From: Dehalococcoidia bacterium
GTDB lineage: Bacteria > Chloroflexota > Dehalococcoidia > Lucifugimonadales > UBA1127
Length of the DNA: 64,000 nucleotides
Direction: 5' to 3'
NCBI GenBank assembly: GCA_965249315.1
Contig: OZ252225.1
Span: forward strand, 1,574,814-1,638,813
In this document: piece after piece, positions 31,656 through 39,343 of the stretch
Layout of the letters: each line of letters starts with the position of its first letter
Numbering within the stretch: the first letter of the stretch is position 1
Notes under the pieces: model-generated
The model's database searches: none
What the model saw: only the letters and a program-made list of their open reading frames with translations
What the model was told of the DNA's origin: nothing
Program-made: the position numbers and the translations under genes

Positions 31656-31687
31656 CCGCTCACCCTGAGCCTGTCGAAGGGTCGTCG
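31656..31687 (+). repeat. 32-bp perfect direct repeat, copy 2
   Basis: Identical to 29036-29067. Confidence 0.9.
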
Positions 31688-31756
31688 TTCCGGCGCAGGC
31701 AGAGGAACCTCGACGCCTCCCGCCTCCGACTGCCGCTGCAGCCCAACGCCGCCCCG

Positions 31757-31869
31757 CGTAGCCCTCGTGAAGGGGGAGTCCAGAGGGGAGCTCCCCCTCT
31801 GGCAAGGGGCTTGGGGGATGTGCCCCCAGTTTCCAAAAAACATCCGAGGGCGGGTGGGTGGGCCCAGCC
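31757..31869 (+). repeat. Dispersed ~110-bp GC-rich repeat, copy 1
   Basis: GTAGCC.TCG..A.GGGGAGTCCAGAGGGG....CCCCTCT.GCAAGGGG.TGGGGGATGT.CCCCCA...CCAAAAA..TCCGAGGG.GGGTGGGCCCA aligns with 39168-39272. Confidence 0.8.
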
Positions 31870-31894
31870 AAGGTGTACCGTAGGTGAAGTCTCG

Positions 31895-32356
31895 CTACGC
31901 CCGCCACATCCCTCGTAGCACCAGCACGCTCATCGCCGCCGACGCCACCAGCGCCGGCGCTCCCACCAGCAGCTGCACGTCCGAGTCCCCCACCGCCGGC
32001 CACCACCGCGCCGACACCGCCGGTATCACCGCCCCCAGCAGCAGCGCCGCGTTCACCAGCGTCAGCACCGCGCTCGCGATCCGACGCTCCGCCCGCCGCA
32101 CCCGGCCCCGCCTCCCGGCGCGCACCCACAGCAGCGCGAAGTGGACCGAGTTGAACCCGCTGCACAGCGCCGTACAGGCGCGCTCCAGGGCCAGCAGAGC
32201 TTCTGGAAGTTCCAACCATCGCCTCCCTCTCCCCACCGATCTCTTGGTGCCGAGAGAATAGAACATCCGTTCCCATTCAGTCAAGAGAGACCTGTCAACG
32301 GAGGGGGCAGAGTGAGGGGGAAAACCGGAAGCGGCACTAACCGCTTCAGGCGCCAC
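31895..32356 (-). CDS. Possible small membrane protein
   Basis: ORF with 2-3 hydrophobic segments, but it is Arg-rich and lies between repeats. It may be spurious. Confidence 0.3.
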   Translation of the reverse strand: MAPEAVSAASGFPPHSAPSVDRSLLTEWERMFYSLGTKRSVGRGRRWLELPEALLALERACTALCSGFNSVHFALLWVRAGRRGRVRRAERRIASAVLTLVNAALLLGAVIPAVSARWWPAVGDSDVQLLVGAPALVASAAMSVLVLRGMWRA

Positions 32357-32428
32357 TCAGAAGCTCAGGCAAGGCGTGACGTGAGGCTGTGACGCTAGTA
32401 GAATCGCCCTGGAGGTGAGGAGGAGGAC

Positions 32429-33778
32429 ATGACGACCCGTCCACTACACCTAGGCCTTCTGCTCGCCGTGCTCGCGCTCACGGCGGCGTGCAGCGACAAC
32501 GACGATGTGATCGGCGGGAGTGCCGCGTCCCGAGCATACCTCGCGGATGAGCCTCGACCTAACCTTACTGATGAGATACCGCCATGCACCCCCGCTGAAG
32601 GAGCGGAGGTTGACCCTTGCGCTCCCGGTGCTTCGCCTAGTATTGCCAATACCAATGCTTCCGACCGCATCCCGTTCGGCGAGCCTGTGGGCGTTCGTCA
32701 CTACCTGGACGGGGGTTCCCTTTCCGGCCACCTTGTCGTCCGGGCCACCTATCTGCCGGGAACTGTCAGATGTGTGACTCAGAATAGCCGACGCCCCCCC
32801 TATGCACCTCTCACGGGGGAAGCGTTTTTTGGGGAGGGACTTGGCGTTGTGACCTGCTACGCTGACATTCGGGTCAACGCCTATGTCCTGGGGTCTGGGC
32901 CGGCAACCTTGTCGGTGGTGGTCGAGCAGGCACGAGTCAACGACCGGGAAATGACTGACCCGGCTGACCAGGAACGGGAGCGGAGCACCGTGGAACGGGT
33001 GGTGGTCGAAGGCGGGATTCACTATCGGGGCTTGGGTCTGGAAGTTCCGGCGGGAGGGATAGGCGGCAGGGAAGAGATCATGTTCCTTGGCCCGGCCCAA
33101 GACCACTCCCTTGCGGCGTGGCAGGTCTTCTCGGTGTGGGACGTTGAGCGGCGCGAGGACGGCACGGTTATCGCCGTTCACCCCTACCGCGGGTGGTGGC
33201 TCTATCACCACGACGAGACTTACCAGGCCAGTGTCGAGATGTCTCTAAACACCTTCAAGACCAAGGTCGCCGAGGCCTACGCCGCAAGAGTGACGGAGTA
33301 CGGCGGCCGCATCAAGGCTGACCCCGACAGCCCCATGCTGATTACGAGGGTCGATGGACTGGCCGCATACCACACGGAGTCCGGCGCCGCCGCCCACCCC
33401 AGCGGTCTCCGGGAAACGCCGCCGCCCTGTGGCACGGCAGTGCCCAACTACCTTGACAACCATGGTCTCGTGCTCGACTGCGACACGCTGCTAGGTCTCA
33501 AGGACACGCTGCGTGGCACAGCCACCCTCAACTGGAGCGTGGACATCGCCATTGCGAAGTGGGAGGGCATCAGGACCGGGGGTATCGGACGCGTCACCGC
33601 CATCACCTTGGTGGAAAAGGGCCTCACCGGCACTGTCCCAGCGGAGCTTGCGGCGCTCCCGGACCTGACGACGCTCAAGCTGTCGGGGAACAGCCTCACC
33701 GGCTGCATCCCCGTCGCGCTCCAGGACGTGCCCACCAACGATCTGGACGACCTCGGCCTCCCGGACTGCGCCCAGTAG
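32429..33778 (+). CDS. Secreted lipoprotein with a C-terminal leucine-rich-repeat region; paralogue of 2356..3534
   Basis: Signal/lipobox LLLAVLALTAAC, shared N-domain motifs, and C-terminal LRRs (LTGTVPAELAALPDLTTLKLSGNSLTGCIP). Confidence 0.7.
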   Translation: MTTRPLHLGLLLAVLALTAACSDNDDVIGGSAASRAYLADEPRPNLTDEIPPCTPAEGAEVDPCAPGASPSIANTNASDRIPFGEPVGVRHYLDGGSLSGHLVVRATYLPGTVRCVTQNSRRPPYAPLTGEAFFGEGLGVVTCYADIRVNAYVLGSGPATLSVVVEQARVNDREMTDPADQERERSTVERVVVEGGIHYRGLGLEVPAGGIGGREEIMFLGPAQDHSLAAWQVFSVWDVERREDGTVIAVHPYRGWWLYHHDETYQASVEMSLNTFKTKVAEAYAARVTEYGGRIKADPDSPMLITRVDGLAAYHTESGAAAHPSGLRETPPPCGTAVPNYLDNHGLVLDCDTLLGLKDTLRGTATLNWSVDIAIAKWEGIRTGGIGRVTAITLVEKGLTGTVPAELAALPDLTTLKLSGNSLTGCIPVALQDVPTNDLDDLGLPDCAQ

Positions 33779-33800
33779 GACACCGCCGCCGTCCCCCAGC

Positions 33801-34400
33801 CTACGCGCCCGCCCGCCGCCGCAGCGCCGCCACCAGCTCGTTCCGCGCCTCCAGCGACGCCGGATGCAGCAGATGTCCCCCCCGAATCAGCCGCTGCAGC
33901 TCCCCCGACAGGAACGCCTCCAGCGCCCCGTCCAGGTCCTCCCCCGCCAGCGCCCGCACCGCCTCGATGAACGAGTACCGCGCCGACTTCGCCGGGTCCA
34001 GCTTGTCCGCCAGGAACACCACCTTCCCGATCGCGTGCAGCCCCGGCGCAGCCGTCGAGTGCCAGTGCACCGCCTCCACCACCTCCACGTCGTCCACGCC
34101 CATCTCCCCCCGCAGCCGCGCCGCCGCCACCGGCCCGTGGAGCAGCAGCGGCATCTGCTCCTCCACCTCGTTCACCGGAACGCCCCTGTGCCGCGCCTCC
34201 GCCAGCAGATCCTCGCCCTTCATCGACCGGCACAGGTCGTGGACCGCCGCCGCCATGTCCACCCGCCCCGCGTCCAGCGCCAGTGCGGCCGCCAGCGCCG
34301 ATGCCTCCACCCGCACCCGCTCGATGTGCGCCTGAAGCCCCCGGGGCAGCGCGTCCAGCGCCCCTTGGAGGTGGGCCGGCAGCGACACCACGCTACCCAA
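33801..34400 (-). CDS. yqeK: HD-domain phosphohydrolase, YqeK-type
   Basis: HIERV...AAAVHDLCR...HGPVAA...AVHWHST...FLADKLDP matches the YqeK HD pattern. Confidence 0.7.
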   Translation of the reverse strand: MGSVVSLPAHLQGALDALPRGLQAHIERVRVEASALAAALALDAGRVDMAAAVHDLCRSMKGEDLLAEARHRGVPVNEVEEQMPLLLHGPVAAARLRGEMGVDDVEVVEAVHWHSTAAPGLHAIGKVVFLADKLDPAKSARYSFIEAVRALAGEDLDGALEAFLSGELQRLIRGGHLLHPASLEARNELVAALRRRAGA

Positions 34401-34737
34401 CGGGTCCCAGCCGCGTGCCGCCCAGCAGGTGCACGTGCAGGTGGTCGATGTCCTGCCCCGCGTCCTCCCGCTGGTTGACCGCCAGCCGGTACCCCGTCTC
34501 GTCGACCCCCTCCCGGCGCGCCATCTGCTGCGCCACGAAGAGCAGGTGCCCCACCAGCGCCGACGTCTCCTCCGACATGTTCGTCAGGTGCGTGAAGTGC
34601 TCCACCGGCATCACCAGCAGGTGCACCGGCGCCCTGGGGTTGATGTCCCTGATGACGAAGGCCCTGTCGTCCCGATACAGGATCCCGCTCGGGATCTCCC
34701 CACCGGCGATGCGACAGAAGATGCAGTCCTCGGCCAT
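34393..34737 (-). CDS. HIT-family (histidine triad) nucleotide hydrolase
   Basis: CIFCRI...GQDIDHLHVHLLGG is the histidine triad. Confidence 0.85.
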   Translation of the reverse strand: MAEDCIFCRIAGGEIPSGILYRDDRAFVIRDINPRAPVHLLVMPVEHFTHLTNMSEETSALVGHLLFVAQQMARREGVDETGYRLAVNQREDAGQDIDHLHVHLLGGTRLGPVG

Positions 34738-35147
34738 GCCCCCTCCGAATGCGCGTCGTAGCTCCCGCAGCGCCCCATTCTAGCCCACGCCGCCCGAAGG
34801 GCGAAAGGACGGTAGGGATTCAGGAGAAGTACAAGGGATGAGATGGATGGTTACAATGGTGGCGTGATGTGTGCACTCCGAGTTTCCGCAGCCATGATAG
34901 AATGGGACTTGGGGGGGATTGACCGAGTTCCACTAAAGCCTTAAGAGATCCCTACTCTTCTCCCGCGGAGCCGCGGAACAGCATCTGCTGCTTGAGGTTG
35001 GCGGCGAACCAACGTTGTGTCCGGTCCAGAACCAGATCCGCCGCACGATCGACAGTGGCAGTCTGCGCGGGGCAGCCGCGGCCATCATCTAAGTGCCCAC
35101 ATCAGGCCTTGGTCCCCGCCTCTCAACTTGGGACTAAAGGAGGAGGC

Positions 35148-36164
35148 ATGCCGAGACACTCCTTCAACACTTTGATGCGGCGACTAGCTCACTCAGGATT
35201 CAGGAAGCAATTCGTATCGACTGCTCTGATGCCAGATTGGTGGGAGGAGTCGTATGCTCAGGATTCGACGGTGTTACCAGAGGTTGAGATTCGCATTGCC
35301 CGCTTCTTGAATGTTCCTCTTTCCGTAGTCAGAGACGCTGAAACAGAACTAGCACCTCCAGTCTATGGGGATGCCCAGTTGAGGAGAGTGCGTGATATCG
35401 ACCGAGGCAGATTGGGACCTGCGATCCACACTGCGATGCGAGTCGCTGAAGCCGTGATTCGAAACCTACGATGTACCCAATCGAAGCCATCTCAACTTCC
35501 CGACAACGCTCTCGAGTGGAGAAGGATCCTTAGATCAAGGAGTAGTGGCCCAGTACAGTTGGATGACATACTCTGTGCCCTCTGGGCGAATGGAATTCCA
35601 GTCATCCCCATCGACACGTTACCTGCACCTGGCTTTCAAGGGCTGGCCTGTATCGTCGACGGCCATCCCACGATCGTCCTCGGGCAAAAGTACGACGAGC
35701 CGAGTCACGTGGCGTTCATTGTGGCCCATGAAGCGGGGCACATTGCCTCTGGTCATTGCTCGCTTCGGATGCTGGTTGTAGACCAGGACAAAGACATTAG
35801 AGACGGTTCAGAGGTGGAGCGTGCAGCAGACTGTTTCGCGAAGCGTCTGCTGGTAGGAGACGAGACCGTGACGATCCCGGTCCAAGAACAATTGGATGCA
35901 AAGAGCCTTGCGGAACGAGCCGTTGACCTTGAGAGTGAGTATGGTGTAGATGCTGGATCTCTCATATTCACCTGGGCGGCGAGCACACTCAACTATCCCG
36001 CAGCCTCACTGGCGGTAAGAGCCTTATATCGGTCAACAGGTGCTCGTCGTCAAATGAGGCAGCTCTTTGACAGATACATCGACTCCGGTTCTGCTTCGGA
36101 GAGCGACAGAACTCTCTTGCGGTGTGTATATGGCGGAACAGAGCCTCCAGCGGCTACTGCTTGA
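35148..36164 (+). CDS. ImmA/IrrE-like (M78) zinc metallopeptidase with an N-terminal extension
   Basis: HEAGHIASGH (HExxH) in the context FIVAHEAGH, typical of COG2856. ATG 35148 follows AAAGGAGGAGG. Confidence 0.7.
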   Translation: MPRHSFNTLMRRLAHSGFRKQFVSTALMPDWWEESYAQDSTVLPEVEIRIARFLNVPLSVVRDAETELAPPVYGDAQLRRVRDIDRGRLGPAIHTAMRVAEAVIRNLRCTQSKPSQLPDNALEWRRILRSRSSGPVQLDDILCALWANGIPVIPIDTLPAPGFQGLACIVDGHPTIVLGQKYDEPSHVAFIVAHEAGHIASGHCSLRMLVVDQDKDIRDGSEVERAADCFAKRLLVGDETVTIPVQEQLDAKSLAERAVDLESEYGVDAGSLIFTWAASTLNYPAASLAVRALYRSTGARRQMRQLFDRYIDSGSASESDRTLLRCVYGGTEPPAATA

Positions 36165-36759
36165 TACTGACGCGTATTGCAAACTCGGCAGCGCTGGGCT
36201 CCTTGCCGATGCCATGGCAGTCCTTGACGTTCCTATTTGTACCTGCGGCAGGTTGGCCGCCCTTCCATATATGCTCAGACGGGGAGGTCTACGAAGGAAG
36301 TTCGGTGATTACACATCCGACCAACTTGCGCGTCTAGCCGAAACACTGCCTGTCGCTCTAGCACCTGGAGATGATTGGCTGGACCCGCTTGCCACCGTGC
36401 CTTCGATAGACCCAGGGGAGGCCCAACTTCTGGCAGCCTCAGCAGAGCATGGACTGTTGGTACTCACCGGAGACAAGAGGGGACTGATCGGCGTCAAGGA
36501 CATACCTGGCTACGCTCAAGCGTTGGACGGACACATCATCGTACTTGAAGCAATCCTGGCTGAACTGTGTATGCGATTAGGGGAAAGCACAATTCGCTCA
36601 CGAATCGGCCCTGTAATGGAAGTGGACATCGCTGTTAGGAACTGCTTCTCGGGTTCAGGTTCGTGCTCGACAGTCGCACTAATATCCTACTACCAACACC
36701 TTGCGGTCGACCTTCAACCTCTACGCTTGTGGAAACCACCATCTCTCGGAGCGAAATGA
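36130..36759 (+). CDS. PIN-like domain protein (putative nuclease)
   Basis: Acidic residues are spaced as in PIN folds: LLLDTDAY..., IDPGEAQLLAAS, LVLTGDKR. It overlaps the ImmA gene by 35 nt. Confidence 0.45.
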   Translation: MAEQSLQRLLLDTDAYCKLGSAGLLADAMAVLDVPICTCGRLAALPYMLRRGGLRRKFGDYTSDQLARLAETLPVALAPGDDWLDPLATVPSIDPGEAQLLAASAEHGLLVLTGDKRGLIGVKDIPGYAQALDGHIIVLEAILAELCMRLGESTIRSRIGPVMEVDIAVRNCFSGSGSCSTVALISYYQHLAVDLQPLRLWKPPSLGAK

Positions 36760-37847
36760 TTTTCGGCCAGGCACTATGTTCCGGTTCTGAAGGTCCCAGG
36801 CACTATGTTCCGGTTCTGAAGGCCAAGCGAGCAGAAAAGCGAGCCTTGTCGCTTCTCTCGCCCAATTTGCGACCGCACGTGGTGCCTTTGCTGGAGATTG
36901 TCGAAAGGACCGTAAAACCGACTGTTGATAAGCACCTTGACACGGTCTTCAGTAATCTAGCTGGAAGCCTGTATGGATACAGCCGCTGTCTGCTGGACCT
37001 CCGAGAAATAGCGCCTGACGGAGCGCAAGCTGCATCCAATGCGTTCATCCGAGCGGCGAATGCGGGCATTCCCTTTACGCCCGTGACTGGTATCTCCAGG
37101 ACGGTTGATGTGGCCTTAGCCGTCGCTATGAGCAGCACCAGGGGAGTCGGACTAAGGCTGACTCGCCAGGAACTTGAGAGCGGTGGTCTGGCCGGTAAGC
37201 TGAGCAGCTTCCTGATCAGCAATGGCCTTATGCCTGAATCTGTAGATCTAGTCATAGACCTTGGGCCCGTGGAAGAGTTGGTCACTGCTGGCGTAGCTGC
37301 CCTCGCAAGAGCTTTCCTCGCAGAAATCCCTCACAAGAGCCGATGGAGGACGTTCACCGTTGTAGGATGTTCCTTCCCCTTGAGCATGGGGGTCGTCAAC
37401 CGTAACTCATCAGCGAGAATCCAGCGATCGGAATGGCTGGCATGGAGAGAAAGCTTGTATAGGCAAAGGGCTTCACTGGAGCGCTTGCCAACGTTCAGTG
37501 ACTGCGTAATTCAACATCCTGCCGGAGTAGAAGGCTTTGATCCCCGCTTCATGCAAGCTAGTGCAACGATCCGATACGCCTCGGCCGATGACTGGCTTCT
37601 CGTAAAAGGAGAAGGCACCAAAAGCAATCCTTCACGTTTCCAGTTTCCTCAGCTCGCCACGCAACTAGTCTACGGGGCTCTGCAGAGTGCATTCGTCGGC
37701 TCGCCGCACTGTGCGGGGTGCAAAGCAGCGAAGAATGCGGCGGATGGTAAGGATGGCTACGGCTCACCAGAGGTCTGGAGATGGATAGGCACGGTGCATC
37801 ACGTCACGGCCGTGGTCCAAGACCTCTCTTCGCTCCGGTGGCCGTGA
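36756..37847 (+). CDS. Beta-protein / sce7725-like family protein (function unknown)
   Basis: The N-terminal YVPVLKAKRAEKRAL...VVPLLEIV motif matches my recollection of Pfam Beta_protein and sce7725-type proteins. There is an ATGA overlap with the upstream gene. Confidence 0.55.
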   Translation: MIFGQALCSGSEGPRHYVPVLKAKRAEKRALSLLSPNLRPHVVPLLEIVERTVKPTVDKHLDTVFSNLAGSLYGYSRCLLDLREIAPDGAQAASNAFIRAANAGIPFTPVTGISRTVDVALAVAMSSTRGVGLRLTRQELESGGLAGKLSSFLISNGLMPESVDLVIDLGPVEELVTAGVAALARAFLAEIPHKSRWRTFTVVGCSFPLSMGVVNRNSSARIQRSEWLAWRESLYRQRASLERLPTFSDCVIQHPAGVEGFDPRFMQASATIRYASADDWLLVKGEGTKSNPSRFQFPQLATQLVYGALQSAFVGSPHCAGCKAAKNAADGKDGYGSPEVWRWIGTVHHVTAVVQDLSSLRWP

Positions 37848-38421
37848 AGAGAGGACGAGTGGCCTTGAGATGAGCGCGCACGGCTACCGCCACCTCATCC
37901 GCCTTGAACAACTCACAGATGCTGTCCCACAGATGCGCTCGGGACTTGCCCCGCAACCCCCGGAGTGTGCGGCGTTTTGCTAAGAGCGCTATTGCTGCTT
38001 CACGCCAAAGGAGCTCTACAAGTGCTCGGACATCACGTTGTGGATTCCTTCGCCCACGTCTGGCGGTCCTAAACCCGGGCCCAGAAGCAGCGGAAGCTAT
38101 TCGCAGAACTTCCCACCAATGGGGGACCATTTTCAACGCTCGGGAGACATGCCGATCGTCGCATACTAGCGTGACGCGGTCGAACACCCTGCTGTACAAG
38201 TTAGCTTGAGATACGAGTCGCCGAAGGTCGTCGCGGCTTGTCTTGATTTCGTATCCGTGAAGATGGTCACCAACTACCACGAGGTCAATTCTTGCGTTCC
38301 CCTGGAGGAGTCCCAGCTCATCAATGAGAAGCGCGTCAGCCTCTTTGCCACCAGCGACCCTTTGGCGCAGAGCTGCTCGGACTGATTCTTCACTGAAGCT
38401 GGTATTTGGCCTATTCGCCAT
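37804..38421 (-). CDS. sce7726-like / MmcB-like PD-(D/E)xK family protein
   Basis: LLIDELGLLQGNARIDLVVVGDHLHGYEIKTSRDDLRRL...YSRVFDRVTLV carries D...ExK. Start chosen at MANRPN; the maximal ORF reaches 38652. Confidence 0.6.
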   Translation of the reverse strand: MANRPNTSFSEESVRAALRQRVAGGKEADALLIDELGLLQGNARIDLVVVGDHLHGYEIKTSRDDLRRLVSQANLYSRVFDRVTLVCDDRHVSRALKMVPHWWEVLRIASAASGPGFRTARRGRRNPQRDVRALVELLWREAAIALLAKRRTLRGLRGKSRAHLWDSICELFKADEVAVAVRAHLKATRPLFTATGAKRGLGPRP

Positions 38422-38689
38422 CTGCGTCAAAACAGCGACCTCAGGCAATCTAGGCGCAACTTCGCCTCGCCAGACCTGGCAAGAAAACCCCAAGTCGCTT
38501 GATCGGGCCGACCGCTTGCCGGACGGTCGCAGAGTTAAGTGAGACGAGTTTGCCGAACCGCTTCCACGGTAGTGGAGGTTCGGGGAGGCCATTAGCGTGC
38601 TACCTGGTAGCCGCCCGACACTGCCTGGTTCAGCATGGATCCCCTTGGTCATAGTGTGGGCAACCTGCTAGCTTGTCAAGGCCGTGGAA

Positions 38690-39120
38690 AAGCGTCCCCC
38701 CCTGCTGCCACCTCCCCCTATCCCGCACACCCCCCGTCCCCTACCCTACCCCCATGCACACACCCACACGCCCCTGGCCGCGCCCCACCTCCCACCCGCG
38801 CCGCAGCTCAACGCTGCCAAGGTGTGGGTGCAGGGCCCGCCCTGCCTTGTTTCCCTTTGTCGATTTCACGCCATCTTTCACCCAGGCCCTCGGCCTCCGT
38901 TCGGCTCGCGCCTTGGCAGATACGACTTGTTCCCCTTTGTCGACGTTTCCGACGCCCCCCAGCGGGGCCGTCCGACCACCGTCCGGCCAGTGCCTGGCAG
39001 ATACGACTTGTCTCCCTTTGTCGACTTGTCCGTCGCGCCTCAATCCCAAGCTGCGCCGCGTCGCCCCAGGCAGGACCAGCCGGAAAAAACGCAAAGCACA
39101 ATTCAAAGCAAGTCAATCCC
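38690..39120 (+). repeat. Left arm of a ~450-bp imperfect inverted repeat (composite GC-rich element)
   Basis: Identical or near-identical cores with the right arm: 38737-38761, 38826-38847, 39048-39072. It contains three ~80-bp tandem sub-repeats. Confidence 0.75.
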
Positions 39121-39167
39121 CCGGAGAGGGGTGGAATGAGGGCGACAGGGGTGAGCGGTCATGCCGC

Positions 39168-39272
39168 CGTAGCCTCGCTGAGGGGGAGTCCAGAGGGGGA
39201 AACCCCTCTTGCAAGGGGTCTGGGGGATGTTCCCCCATTACCAAAAACGTCCGAGGGTGGGTGGGCCCAACC
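39168..39272 (+). repeat. Dispersed ~110-bp GC-rich repeat, copy 2
   Basis: Aligns with 31757-31869. A partial third copy lies at 63793-63824. Confidence 0.8.
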
Positions 39273-39343
39273 AACGTCGCAATGCCGCTCTGCGAAGCCA
39301 ATGAACCAAGAAGCGCAAGCTGAGGGTGCAGGGCTTGCCCTGC

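Noticed and set aside
34992-35147. A 52-codon N-terminal extension of the ImmA-like ORF, and a minus-strand fragment ending ...WFAANLKQQMLFRGSAGEE* (about 34945-35095).
   Set aside because: The extension is Arg/Ala-rich and precedes a strong AAAGGAGGAGG-ATG start at 35148. The minus-strand fragment has no start codon or recognisable family. It may be a gene remnant at the island boundary, but this cannot be supported.
38844-39040. Periodic ~35-45-nt repeats with ~40-nt spacers, which superficially resemble a mini CRISPR array.
   Set aside because: There are only three units, the repeats are degenerate rather than identical, the 'spacers' are themselves partly repeated, there are no cas genes, and the same material recurs inverted at 43.5-43.8 kb.
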